The notes under the pieces: model-generated | Seen by the model: only the letters and a program-made list of their open reading frames with translations | Database searches by the model: none | What the model was told of the DNA's origin: nothing | Translations under genes and position numbers: made by a program | From: Desulfohalobiaceae bacterium | Lineage (GTDB): Bacteria > Desulfobacterota > Desulfovibrionia > Desulfovibrionales > Desulfothermaceae | Length of the DNA stretch: 36,101 nucleotides | Assembly (NCBI GenBank): GCA_021737525.1 | Contig: JAIPDU010000001.1 | Location: 1 to 36,101, forward strand | Reading direction: 5' to 3' | Shown: one piece after another, positions 9,261 to 17,829 of the stretch | How positions within the stretch are numbered: the stretch's first letter is position 1 | Layout of the letters: each line of letters begins with the position of its first letter

Positions 9261-11939
9261 CTAAAATGCCTGTCCCACGGAAAACTCGAACTGTCCTCCT
9301 GGTCTCTCGCCGTTCACGGTATCCAGGGGATAGCCGTATTCCAGGCGCAGGGGACCCATGGGTGAGTTCCAGCGTATTCCCCCGCCCACGCTTTTGTAAA
9401 GGCTGCCGTCGATCGCCTCGCCCTTGTTCCAGACATTGCCAGCGTCAAAAAAGCCGAGGATATACATTCCCATGTCCTTGAACAAGGGGTAGGAGATTTC
9501 GGTGTTGGTGTAGAACTGCTTGTACCCGCCGATCTCGTCCCCGTTTTCATCCGTGCTGTGGATGTCCTGGTAGTCGTAGCCGCGCACGGTGTTGATCCCG
9601 CCCAGGTAAAAGCGCTCGAAATCCGGTGCTTCCTTCGAGGTGTTCTCGAAGAGCTGGGCGTATTTTCCGTGCCACCCAAACACAAGGTCCCCCAGGAGGG
9701 GGTGATACATGCTCAGCTCGTACCCGGGCTTGATGTAGTTGTCGTTGCCTCCCAGCACCCCGCCGGAGTACTCCAGGCTCAGGGTGTTCTTGCTGCCTCG
9801 CGTGGGGAAGAGCCGCCTGTTGGTCGTATCCCGGACCGCGGAAACACTGACTGCACTGGCCCAGTGGACCCCTCCCAGGTCCTTGATGTCCTCGCTGGCA
9901 GAGTCGTCGATGCTATCCACTTCGTACTGCTCCAGCTTGTAGTTCCAGTAGAGCCGGGAGTAGTCCCCGATGGAATAGGCGAACTTGGCCTTGCCCCCGG
10001 TCCTTTTCAGGTCGTAGTCGTCGTATTCCCTCTCGGAATTGTACGCGTCGAATCCGAGCCCCAGGGAGGTGTCATAGACGCGGGGATTCCAGAATCCAAG
10101 TTGGTATTGGGTATGGGTGCTGCTGAAGCTCCCCTTGAAGCTCAGGGTGTATCCTCGTCCCAAGAGGTTGCGTTCCTGGACTTGGCCGGTGAAAAAGAGC
10201 TTGTTCACCGAGGAATACCCCGCTCCGACGCTGAAGGATCCGGTTGACTTGTCCTGGACCTGGACCTGAAGGTCCATGAGGTCTTTCTCCTCTGCGGGGA
10301 TGGTGTCGATCTCCACGGACTTGAAGTAGTCCAGCCTTTCCAATCTCTCCTTGGAGCGGGAGATTTTCTCGCTGTCGAACAAGTCCCCGCCGGAGATGGC
10401 CAGGTTCCTGCGGATGACGTTGTCCCGGGTCTTGGTGTTGCCGGTGATTTTCACCCGGTTGATGTAGACCCTGCGCTTTTTGTTCAGGACATAGGTCACG
10501 TCAATGACCTGCTCCTGGCTGTCCTTGTCCAGTTGCGGCTTGGCCTCGGCGAAGGCGTAGCCGTGCTTTTGGTAGACATCCTCCAGTTTCTTGAGGTCAT
10601 CGCGCAGGACCGAGCGATCGAAATAGGCCTCCTGTTGGGCCATTTCGTCAATAGTCACCTTTTGCAGGAGCTCTTCCTGGGAGACGATGAGATCTCCCTG
10701 GAAAGAGATTTTTCCCACACGATAGCGGGGCCCCTCCCGGACAAGAAAGGTGATCCGCAGCCCGTTCTCCACGGGGTCTACTTCGGGCTGGCCCACTTTG
10801 ACATCCATGAATCCCCGGTTGGCGTAGTAGGCCTCCAGAGCCGCAGCGTCCCTGTTGAGCATCCTTTCCTTGAGCACACCGCCACCGGTGAACCAGGAGA
10901 AAAAGCCCCTCTCGGACAGGGCCAATTGATCCTTGAGATCATCGGGATCGAGCTTTTCGGCGCCCTGGATCCTGATGCTCTGGATATAGCGCTTTTCCCC
11001 CTCATTGATTTGGATGATCAGCTTCACCCGCCCGGTCTCCACCTGTTGCCTGGAATAGTCCACAGTTACGTTGTAGTACCCGTCCTTGCGGTAGAGCTCA
11101 CGCACCGTTTCCAGATCCTTGGCGATGGTTTCGGGGTTGATGATTTGACCGCTCTTGCTGGACATGGCTTCCAGGATGTCCCCTTTATCCAGGGATTTTG
11201 CCCCCTTGATGACAATGTCCCTGATTATGGGCCGCTCCTGGACATCATAGACGATCTTTTTGCCGCTCACGGTGTCCCGCACCCTCACGCTGATATTCCG
11301 GAAGAACCCGCTCTCATAGAGCTTTTGGATATCCCGGTCGATCTGTTCCGGGTCGTAGGTATCGCCTTCATTGGTCCCTATGCGCTGCAGCACGGCCTCC
11401 GCATCCACCCTTTCGTTTCCGGCCACTTCCACGGAGGCAATCCGCTGCTCGGGAGATACGGCGCTGGAGATCCTGCGGGCCAGGTCCCTGGTTGCGGATC
11501 TGACACGCAGCAAGCCCTGACATGATTCGGAAAGGGTTTGCTCTATGTCGGGATGTCTGGCGCTGACCAGCCTGGCGTCCAGGCTGATCCATCTTCCGGC
11601 CTTGGTGAGGCTACCGTGGACCGCGTGGGTGGCTTCAGTCTTTCGGATGAGCTCTTGCACCTGCTCCCGCTTCAAAGTGCCCCCGCTTGCCTGGGGCATA
11701 AGCTTGCGCGTCCGGTTGAGGGAGACCACTTCGTGGCCCTCCTCCCGAAGTGTCGCGCGAATGATCGCTGTGACATCCTGTTGCAGCCCGGGGAGCGCTT
11801 CCGCGGCCTGCACCCGGAATGGCAGGACCAGGACGCTCGTTTGATCCTCGTCCGCTGCAAAGGCAGGGCCCGCGGAAAAAAACAAAAGCAGCACCAAGAA
11901 CAAGGCACATTGGCGCATTTTAGACGTGGGTCTCTTCAT
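9261..11939 (-). CDS. bamA: Outer membrane protein assembly factor BamA (with an extra N-terminal domain)
   Basis: 892 aa with signal peptide ...SAGPAFA/AD, five POTRA-like repeats from about residue 167, and a beta-barrel ending ...FEFSVGQAF with terminal Phe. Confidence 0.92.
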   Translation of the reverse strand: MKRPTSKMRQCALFLVLLLFFSAGPAFAADEDQTSVLVLPFRVQAAEALPGLQQDVTAIIRATLREEGHEVVSLNRTRKLMPQASGGTLKREQVQELIRKTEATHAVHGSLTKAGRWISLDARLVSARHPDIEQTLSESCQGLLRVRSATRDLARRISSAVSPEQRIASVEVAGNERVDAEAVLQRIGTNEGDTYDPEQIDRDIQKLYESGFFRNISVRVRDTVSGKKIVYDVQERPIIRDIVIKGAKSLDKGDILEAMSSKSGQIINPETIAKDLETVRELYRKDGYYNVTVDYSRQQVETGRVKLIIQINEGEKRYIQSIRIQGAEKLDPDDLKDQLALSERGFFSWFTGGGVLKERMLNRDAAALEAYYANRGFMDVKVGQPEVDPVENGLRITFLVREGPRYRVGKISFQGDLIVSQEELLQKVTIDEMAQQEAYFDRSVLRDDLKKLEDVYQKHGYAFAEAKPQLDKDSQEQVIDVTYVLNKKRRVYINRVKITGNTKTRDNVIRRNLAISGGDLFDSEKISRSKERLERLDYFKSVEIDTIPAEEKDLMDLQVQVQDKSTGSFSVGAGYSSVNKLFFTGQVQERNLLGRGYTLSFKGSFSSTHTQYQLGFWNPRVYDTSLGLGFDAYNSEREYDDYDLKRTGGKAKFAYSIGDYSRLYWNYKLEQYEVDSIDDSASEDIKDLGGVHWASAVSVSAVRDTTNRRLFPTRGSKNTLSLEYSGGVLGGNDNYIKPGYELSMYHPLLGDLVFGWHGKYAQLFENTSKEAPDFERFYLGGINTVRGYDYQDIHSTDENGDEIGGYKQFYTNTEISYPLFKDMGMYILGFFDAGNVWNKGEAIDGSLYKSVGGGIRWNSPMGPLRLEYGYPLDTVNGERPGGQFEFSVGQAF

Positions 11940-12618
11940 GAATAGCTCCGGATCTGATGGTGAGAATTCGGTCCATCTTTTGGGCCAGGTGGTGATTGTG
12001 GGTGACCACGAGAAGCGTGCACTGGAGATTGCGGCTCTGGTGGATCAAGAGATCCGCCACTCTTTCCCCGTTTTCGGGGTCCAAATCGCCGGTGGGTTCA
12101 TCCGCCAAAATAACCTCCGGCTCCAGGGAAATGGCCCGGGCTATGGAGGTGAGCTGCCTTTCCCCGCCGGACAGGGTGCTCACGGGTTGATGGGCCTGTC
12201 TGTTGATACCGGTTCGTTCCAGGGCTCGCAGGGCCCTGTCCAAAGCGCTGCTTTTCCTCTCGCCCCGGATCATGGCCGGCAGTGCCACGTTTTCCACTGT
12301 GGTGAACTCGGGCAGGAGATGGTGGAACTGGAAGACGAACCCGATCCCTTCGTTGCGGAGCTTGGATTTGGCGTCCCAGTCCAGGTGTTGCAGATTGCTG
12401 CCCCGGAAAAAGATCTCCCCGCCGCTGGGAGTGTCCAATCCGGCCATCATCTGCAGCAGGGTGGTCTTGCCGCATCCCGAGGCCCCCACGATGGCCACCG
12501 ATTCCCCGGCCCGGACCGTGAAGCTGATATCCTCCAGGATACGCACCGGTCCCTTGTTTTCGGGAAAGACCTTGTGTACGCCGGTTAGCCGGTAGACAGG
12601 GGCGAGCTCTTCATTCAT
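11920..12618 (-). CDS. lolD: Lipoprotein-releasing ABC transporter ATP-binding protein LolD
   Basis: Walker A GASGCGKTT, signature LSGGERQ, Walker B ILADEPTGDLD. ATG at 12618 (MNEELAP) is preferred over the track GTG at 12630 and overlaps the lolC end by 8 nt. Confidence 0.85.
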   Translation of the reverse strand: MNEELAPVYRLTGVHKVFPENKGPVRILEDISFTVRAGESVAIVGASGCGKTTLLQMMAGLDTPSGGEIFFRGSNLQHLDWDAKSKLRNEGIGFVFQFHHLLPEFTTVENVALPAMIRGERKSSALDRALRALERTGINRQAHQPVSTLSGGERQLTSIARAISLEPEVILADEPTGDLDPENGERVADLLIHQSRNLQCTLLVVTHNHHLAQKMDRILTIRSGAIHEETHV

Positions 12619-13840
12619 AGCGCAATACACTGGCTGGTTCGAGTTTCGCCGCCCTGGAGGCTGGGTACAGGGTGGCCAGGAAACAGAGCCCGAGGGCCGC
12701 GATCCCGATCCAGGTCAGATCCGTCGCCGCGAGTTGGATGGGCAGATGGTCCAGATAGTAGATATCCTGGGGTAGCTGGATGAACTGGTAGGTTTGCAGG
12801 CAATAGCTGATTCCCAGCCCCAGGGCGTATCCCGCAGCCGTGCCGATGGCACCGATCAGGGTCCCCTGGTAGATGAACACCCGCTTGATGTTTCCGGGTT
12901 TGGCGCCCATGGACATGAGGACGGCGATGTCCTGCTTCTTTTCCATGACCAGCATGATCAGGGTAGTCACAATGCTGAAGGAGCCCACCATGATCATGAT
13001 GAGCAGGATGACCCCCATGGCTGTTTTCTCCAGCTTCAGGGCGGAGAAGAGCTCCTGGTTCATCTCCATCCAGGTCCTGGCGGACAGGGGCTCGCCGGAA
13101 GCGGTCTCCTCGATGGCCCGGGCCGTCTCCCGCGCGGCGTAGATATCGGTGAGGCGCACCTCCAGGCCGGTGACCAGGTCCCTCTCGAAGCCCAGGATGT
13201 TTTGCGCCGCGGCAATGGAGACATAGGCCAGGGAGGAGTCGTATTCGTACATCCCCGTGTCGAAGGTCCCGCCCAGTTGGAAGCTCATGATCTTGGGGCT
13301 GAAGCCGGCCGCGCTCTTCTTTCCGCTCGGGCTCATCATGTGCAGGGTGTCCCCGAGGGAGAGGCCCAGGCGTCCGGCAAGATCGTCTCCCAGGAGGATG
13401 GCTGGCGGATCCTTGTCCGTCTCAAGCCGCTGCACGCTTCCGCGGACCATGTCCTGATCCAGGCTGAGGGCCCGGGAAGCCGCCTCGGGGTCGATCCCGC
13501 GCAGAATGGCCCCTTTGGCCTGACTGGTGGAGCTGAGCATGACCTCGGCGTAGACAAAGGGCATTACGGCTCGCACCTTGGGGATTTCCTCAATCCGTTT
13601 CCGGTGCTCCTCGTATTCCGCGAAGGGCCCCTTGAGGCTGGAAACGAGGACATGGGCGTTGACCCCGAGGATCTTGTCCCTGAGGTTCTGGCTGAACCCG
13701 TTCATCACTCCGAGCACAATGATCAGGGCGGCCACGCCCAGGGCAACCCCGAGCATGGAGATCAGGGAGATAGCCGAGATAAAGCCGTGCTTGCGCCGGG
13801 AGAAGAGGTAGCGCAAGGCGATGAAGAGCTCGAAGCGCAT
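12611..13840 (-). CDS. lolC: Lipoprotein-releasing ABC transporter permease LolC/LolE (FtsX/MacB-type)
   Basis: 409 aa starting MRFELFIALRYLFSRRK, the typical LolC/E N-terminus. Large periplasmic domain between TM1 and TM2, and a C-terminal FtsX-type TM bundle. Confidence 0.85.
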   Translation of the reverse strand: MRFELFIALRYLFSRRKHGFISAISLISMLGVALGVAALIIVLGVMNGFSQNLRDKILGVNAHVLVSSLKGPFAEYEEHRKRIEEIPKVRAVMPFVYAEVMLSSTSQAKGAILRGIDPEAASRALSLDQDMVRGSVQRLETDKDPPAILLGDDLAGRLGLSLGDTLHMMSPSGKKSAAGFSPKIMSFQLGGTFDTGMYEYDSSLAYVSIAAAQNILGFERDLVTGLEVRLTDIYAARETARAIEETASGEPLSARTWMEMNQELFSALKLEKTAMGVILLIMIMVGSFSIVTTLIMLVMEKKQDIAVLMSMGAKPGNIKRVFIYQGTLIGAIGTAAGYALGLGISYCLQTYQFIQLPQDIYYLDHLPIQLAATDLTWIGIAALGLCFLATLYPASRAAKLEPASVLRYE

Positions 13841-13843
13841 CAG

Positions 13844-15352
13844 TCAGTCTTCGTCTCGAGTTTTGAGTAGGGGGAAGAGAATCACTTCCCGGATCGAGGC
13901 GGAATCGGTGAAGAGCATGACCAATCTGTCGATGCCGATGCCTTCGCCGGCAGCCGCGGGCATGCCGTGCTCCAGGGCCACGAGGTAGTCCTCGTCCAGG
14001 AAATGGGCCTCGTCGTCCCCCCGGGCCTTGGCCCTGGCCTGTTCCTCGAAGCGCTGGCGCTGGTCCCTGGGGTCGTTGAGCTCGGTGAAGGCGTTGGCCA
14101 TTTCCCGACCGGCCAGGAAAAGCTCAAAGCGATCGGTGAGGGAGGGGTCGGCCTCGTTCCTGCGGGACAAGGGGGAGATGTCAGTGGGGTACTTGGTGAT
14201 GAAGTGGGGCTGGATCAGCTGGGGCTCCACGAGCAGATCGAAGAGCTTGGCCTGCAGCTTGCCCAGTTTCTCCTTTTCCTGGACGTTCTCCCCGTGCTTT
14301 CGCACCAGCTCTCTGGCTCGGTCCCAATCCTGGTAATCCCCCGGGCTCAGTCCCCCCAGCTCCTCCAGGGCCTGGTGGAAGGTGAGCTTGGGCCAGGGCG
14401 GAGTGAGGTCCACCTCATGGCCCTGGTAGGACAGGATGTGTCCGCCCAGGATGGACAGGGCCAGCTCGGAGAAGAGCTCTTCAGTGAGCTGCATGAGCTG
14501 GGAGTAGTCCACATGGGCCCAGTAGAATTCCAGCATGGTGAATTCGGGGTTGTGCTGGGTGGATATCCCTTCGTTCCGGAAGTTGCGGTTGATTTCGTAG
14601 ACCTTTTCCAGGCCGCCCACCAGAAGCCTCTTGAGGTAGAGCTCCGGGGCGATCCGGAGATAAAGCTGGGTATCCAGGGCGTTGTGGTAGGTGAAAAAGG
14701 GCTTGGCCTCCGCGCCACCGGGTACGTGCTGCATCATGGGGGTTTCCACTTCCAGGAAGCCCCGCCTGTCCAGGAAGTCGCGGATTCCCTTGATGATTCT
14801 GGTGCGGGTTCGAAAGATCTCCCTGGTCTGCGGATTGACCGCCAAGTCGAGATAGCGTTGCCTGTAGCGCGCCTCAACGTCCTTGAGGCCGTGGTACTTC
14901 TCCGGAAGAGGACGCAGGGACTTGCTCACCAGCCTGACGGCTTCCGCATCCAGGGTGAGCTCTCCCTTGCGGGTGCGGAACAGGGCGCCCCGCACTCCGA
15001 CAATGTCGCCGATGTCCAATTTCCGGAACAGGGCGTACTCTTCCTGGCCCAGATTCTTCTTTTGGACAAAGATCTGGATCTGGCCGGACTGGTCCTGAAG
15101 ATGGAAGAAAGTGGCCTTGCCGAAGGAACGCAGGGTCATGATCCGCCCGGCGAGGGCAAAGCGCGTGCCGAGCCCTTCCAGGTCCTCGGCGCTCCAGGAT
15201 TCGTAGCGGCTCAGGATATCTTCCACAGCGGTGTCCTTGCGGAACTCGTTGGGGAAGAGATCGACTCCGGATGATTCCAGGTCGCGGGCCTTGTCAAAGC
15301 GTTGCCTCAGGACCTGGCTGCCGTGCTGTGTATCCGGCTTCTGATCGCTCAA
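13844..15352 (-). CDS. lysS: Lysine--tRNA ligase (class II); TTG start at 15352 preferred
   Basis: OB-fold anticodon domain, motif 2 NFRNEGISTQHNPEFTMLEFYWA, motif 3 GEGIGIDRLVMLFTD. The in-frame TTG at 15352 has GGAGGAG 5 nt upstream, whereas the track start (TTG at 15415) has no SD. Confidence 0.92.
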   Translation of the reverse strand: MSDQKPDTQHGSQVLRQRFDKARDLESSGVDLFPNEFRKDTAVEDILSRYESWSAEDLEGLGTRFALAGRIMTLRSFGKATFFHLQDQSGQIQIFVQKKNLGQEEYALFRKLDIGDIVGVRGALFRTRKGELTLDAEAVRLVSKSLRPLPEKYHGLKDVEARYRQRYLDLAVNPQTREIFRTRTRIIKGIRDFLDRRGFLEVETPMMQHVPGGAEAKPFFTYHNALDTQLYLRIAPELYLKRLLVGGLEKVYEINRNFRNEGISTQHNPEFTMLEFYWAHVDYSQLMQLTEELFSELALSILGGHILSYQGHEVDLTPPWPKLTFHQALEELGGLSPGDYQDWDRARELVRKHGENVQEKEKLGKLQAKLFDLLVEPQLIQPHFITKYPTDISPLSRRNEADPSLTDRFELFLAGREMANAFTELNDPRDQRQRFEEQARAKARGDDEAHFLDEDYLVALEHGMPAAAGEGIGIDRLVMLFTDSASIREVILFPLLKTRDED

Positions 15353-15431
15353 GGGATCTCCTCCGGGCAGGGGTTTGTCGTAGGGGCGAATGGGCCGCAG
15401 ATGCGGGCCGAACAAAGCGACTAAACGACCA

Positions 15432-15460
15432 TTTTTAGGTCAATTCGGATGGAGCGTCAA
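15432..15460 (-). promoter_or_regulatory. Candidate sigma-70 promoter for the lysS-lol-bamA-lpx operon
   Basis: Minus strand reads TTGACG (15460-15455), a 17-nt spacer, then TAAAAA (15437-15432). It lies about 75 nt upstream of the preferred lysS start. Confidence 0.4.
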
Positions 15461-15839
15461 GTTGAGGCGCGAGCAAGCTTGTTTCGAGACGGAATACGGA
15501 TTGCCTTCCTTGCCCCAATAGGATAAAATATTTGGTTGCAGTTGAAGCACCATGTATCCCGGTCAGGCGCCCCCGCCCAGTGGAAAGATCGGGCTCTGAT
15601 GGAAGGGTTGTCTTGTGGCTTTCTCCGGGGCGGAAGTCGCGGAGGATGCCGGCGGCTTAAGGTTTCCGTCCGGCATGCAAAGCCGGTGACCCCGCTTTTT
15701 GAGGCAGCAGAACGGTGCTGCCGCTTTTCCGGCGATCAGGGGAAAGAATGCCCGGCTTGTGCTTGAGCGGGTGGCAGCCGCGCAGAAGCGCGGCTGAATC
15801 TACGCATTGTCAACGTTTATCCGGAAGAGGTTTCTTCGT

Positions 15840-16394
15840 ATGTTGCCAAAGATTCGCCACCTGTTGGTGTGTACCGACTTTTCCAGGCCATCATGGCAGG
15901 CCCTGACCTACGGGGCTTCTCTCGCCCAATACGCCAAGGCCCGGATGACCCTTTTGCACGTCCTGCCCACCCTGCCCAAGGAATTTACTTATAGCGGGGT
16001 GTCCAATCTCTTTGACTGGGGTCCGGGCATGGCCGGAGTGCCGCTGCTCTTTCCCGATTCCGAGCAAAAGGGCCGCAAGAGCCAGGAAAAGCATCCCGGC
16101 GAATTCGTGGAGAAGGCGGAGAGGACGACCAAAGAGCAGCTCAAGAGCCACTTGATGCAGCTCAAGACCCAAGAATCTGGGTTCAACTGGCAAGCGATCG
16201 ATCTTCAGGTCCAAATCGGCGAGCCGGTCCGGGGAATCCTCCAGGAGCTGGAGTCGGAAAAGTACGACATTGTCGTGCTCGGCAGGCACGGCCACGGGAA
16301 GACCCGGGGCGGCCGCTGCGGCGGCGTGGCCAGGGAAGTCCTGAACAACTCCAGTGTGCCTGTATTCATGGTGGATTCCCAGGAGGAGGGATAG
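15840..16394 (+). CDS. Universal stress protein (UspA family)
   Basis: IRHLLVCTDFS...LLHV N-terminal strand and C-terminal ATP-binding-type motif VVLGRHGHGK...GGVAREVLNNSSVPVFMV. ATG at 15840 is preferred over the track TTG at 15807. Confidence 0.75.
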   Translation: MLPKIRHLLVCTDFSRPSWQALTYGASLAQYAKARMTLLHVLPTLPKEFTYSGVSNLFDWGPGMAGVPLLFPDSEQKGRKSQEKHPGEFVEKAERTTKEQLKSHLMQLKTQESGFNWQAIDLQVQIGEPVRGILQELESEKYDIVVLGRHGHGKTRGGRCGGVAREVLNNSSVPVFMVDSQEEG

Positions 16395-16399
16395 GCGGG

Positions 16400-17758
16400 C
16401 TACTTGATCCCGTGTTTGGAAAGGCGGTAGCGTAGCTGGCGGAAACTCAGGCCCACCAGCTCCGCCGCCTTTTTCTTGTTCCCCTGGGTACGTTCCAGGG
16501 CGCTGGAGAGCACCTCCCGGTCGATCTGCTCCAGATATTGGTCCAGAGACAGCTCCCCGCCAAGGACCTGGTCTTCGCCCGAAGAGGATTGAGGGGCATT
16601 GTGCTCGTAGATCACCAGGGAGGTGGGCGTAATATAGGGGCCGGTTTCCAGGGCGACCGCGCGCTCGACGATGTTCTCCAGCTCCCGGACGTTGCCTGGA
16701 TAGTGATAGTTGCGCAGCTTGTGCTTGGCTCCGGTGCTGAATCCCTTGATGGCCTTGCTCTGCTCCTTGCAGAATCTCTCCAGCAGGTGATCCGCCAGGA
16801 GAAAGAGATCCTCGTTCCGTTCCCGCAGGGGCGGCAAATGGATAATCACTCCGCTGAGGCGGTAGAAGAGATCCTCCCTGAGGTTCCCCTCCGCGACCTC
16901 GTTCTCGACATCCCGATTCGAGGCGGCGATGAACCTGATATCGGTCTGAACGCTCTCCGTGGCCCCCAGGGGAGTGAAGGTCCCGTCCTGCAGGCAGCGC
17001 AAGAGCTTGACCTGGAGGTTGGGGCTCAGCTCTGCGACCTCGTCCAACAGAAATGTCCCCTGATCCGCTTTTTCCATGAGGCCGGCCTTTGCCTGCCCCG
17101 CTCCGGTGAAGGCCCCTTTGCGGTATCCGAAGAGCTCGCTTTCCACCAGGGTTTCCGGGACGCCGCCGCAGTTGATGGCCCGGAAGGATCTGTGCCTGCG
17201 CTCGCTGTTCTCGTGGATGGCCCGGGCGATAAGCTCTTTCCCGGTGCCGGATTCGCCGGTGATCAGCGCGCTGATCCCTGTCGGGGCGATGCGCGAGACA
17301 AGGGAAAAGACCTCCCGCATCTTGGAGCTGTTGCCCAGAATAGGGGTGCTCCGGCCCTGGACCTGGACGCACAGCTGGAGCTCTTCATCTCGGGGAAGCA
17401 CTTCCTCCAGGATCTGGTCCACTTGGACCAGGAATTCCTCCACGTCGAAGGGCTTGGAGATGTAGTCCCTCGCCCCGAGCTCCAGGGCCTGGAGAGCGGT
17501 TTTTTTGTCCGCGTACGCGGTGATCATGAGCACCGGCGGATAATAGTGCTTTTCCCGCATCCTCCGCAGGAGATCCAAGCCGCTTTCCGTTCCCAGACGC
17601 AGATCCGCTATGGCCAGATCGAAGCGATTCCGGCCCATGAGCTGGAGAGCTCCCTCAATGTCCGCAGCGCTGTCCGGGTTGTGATTGCGGTTGCTCAGGG
17701 CGATCTCCAGGACTTGCCTAAGGCTCGGGTCGTCGTCGACAATAAGGATTTTGCCCAT
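16400..17758 (-). CDS. Sigma-54-dependent response regulator (REC - AAA+ - Fis-type HTH; NtrC family)
   Basis: 452 aa with a receiver domain (ILIVDDDPS, acceptor Asp in AIADLRLG), Walker A GESGTGKE, the GAFTGA loop, and C-terminal HTH KKKAAELVGLSFRQLRYRLSKHG. Confidence 0.92.
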   Translation of the reverse strand: MGKILIVDDDPSLRQVLEIALSNRNHNPDSAADIEGALQLMGRNRFDLAIADLRLGTESGLDLLRRMREKHYYPPVLMITAYADKKTALQALELGARDYISKPFDVEEFLVQVDQILEEVLPRDEELQLCVQVQGRSTPILGNSSKMREVFSLVSRIAPTGISALITGESGTGKELIARAIHENSERRHRSFRAINCGGVPETLVESELFGYRKGAFTGAGQAKAGLMEKADQGTFLLDEVAELSPNLQVKLLRCLQDGTFTPLGATESVQTDIRFIAASNRDVENEVAEGNLREDLFYRLSGVIIHLPPLRERNEDLFLLADHLLERFCKEQSKAIKGFSTGAKHKLRNYHYPGNVRELENIVERAVALETGPYITPTSLVIYEHNAPQSSSGEDQVLGGELSLDQYLEQIDREVLSSALERTQGNKKKAAELVGLSFRQLRYRLSKHGIK

Positions 17759-17829
17759 AGGCGCTACGTGTGTCCTTGATGTGAAGCAGTCAGAAAGGCT
17801 TTATGTCCCCGGCCCTTTCCTGGCTAGTG

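Noticed and set aside
15891-17372. 493-aa minus-strand ORF overlapping the sigma-54 regulator and usp
   Set aside because: It is an alternative frame of the regulator gene, with extreme Arg/Gly/Pro/Gln content and no motifs. The 16400-17758 frame carries the complete REC/AAA+/HTH signatures.
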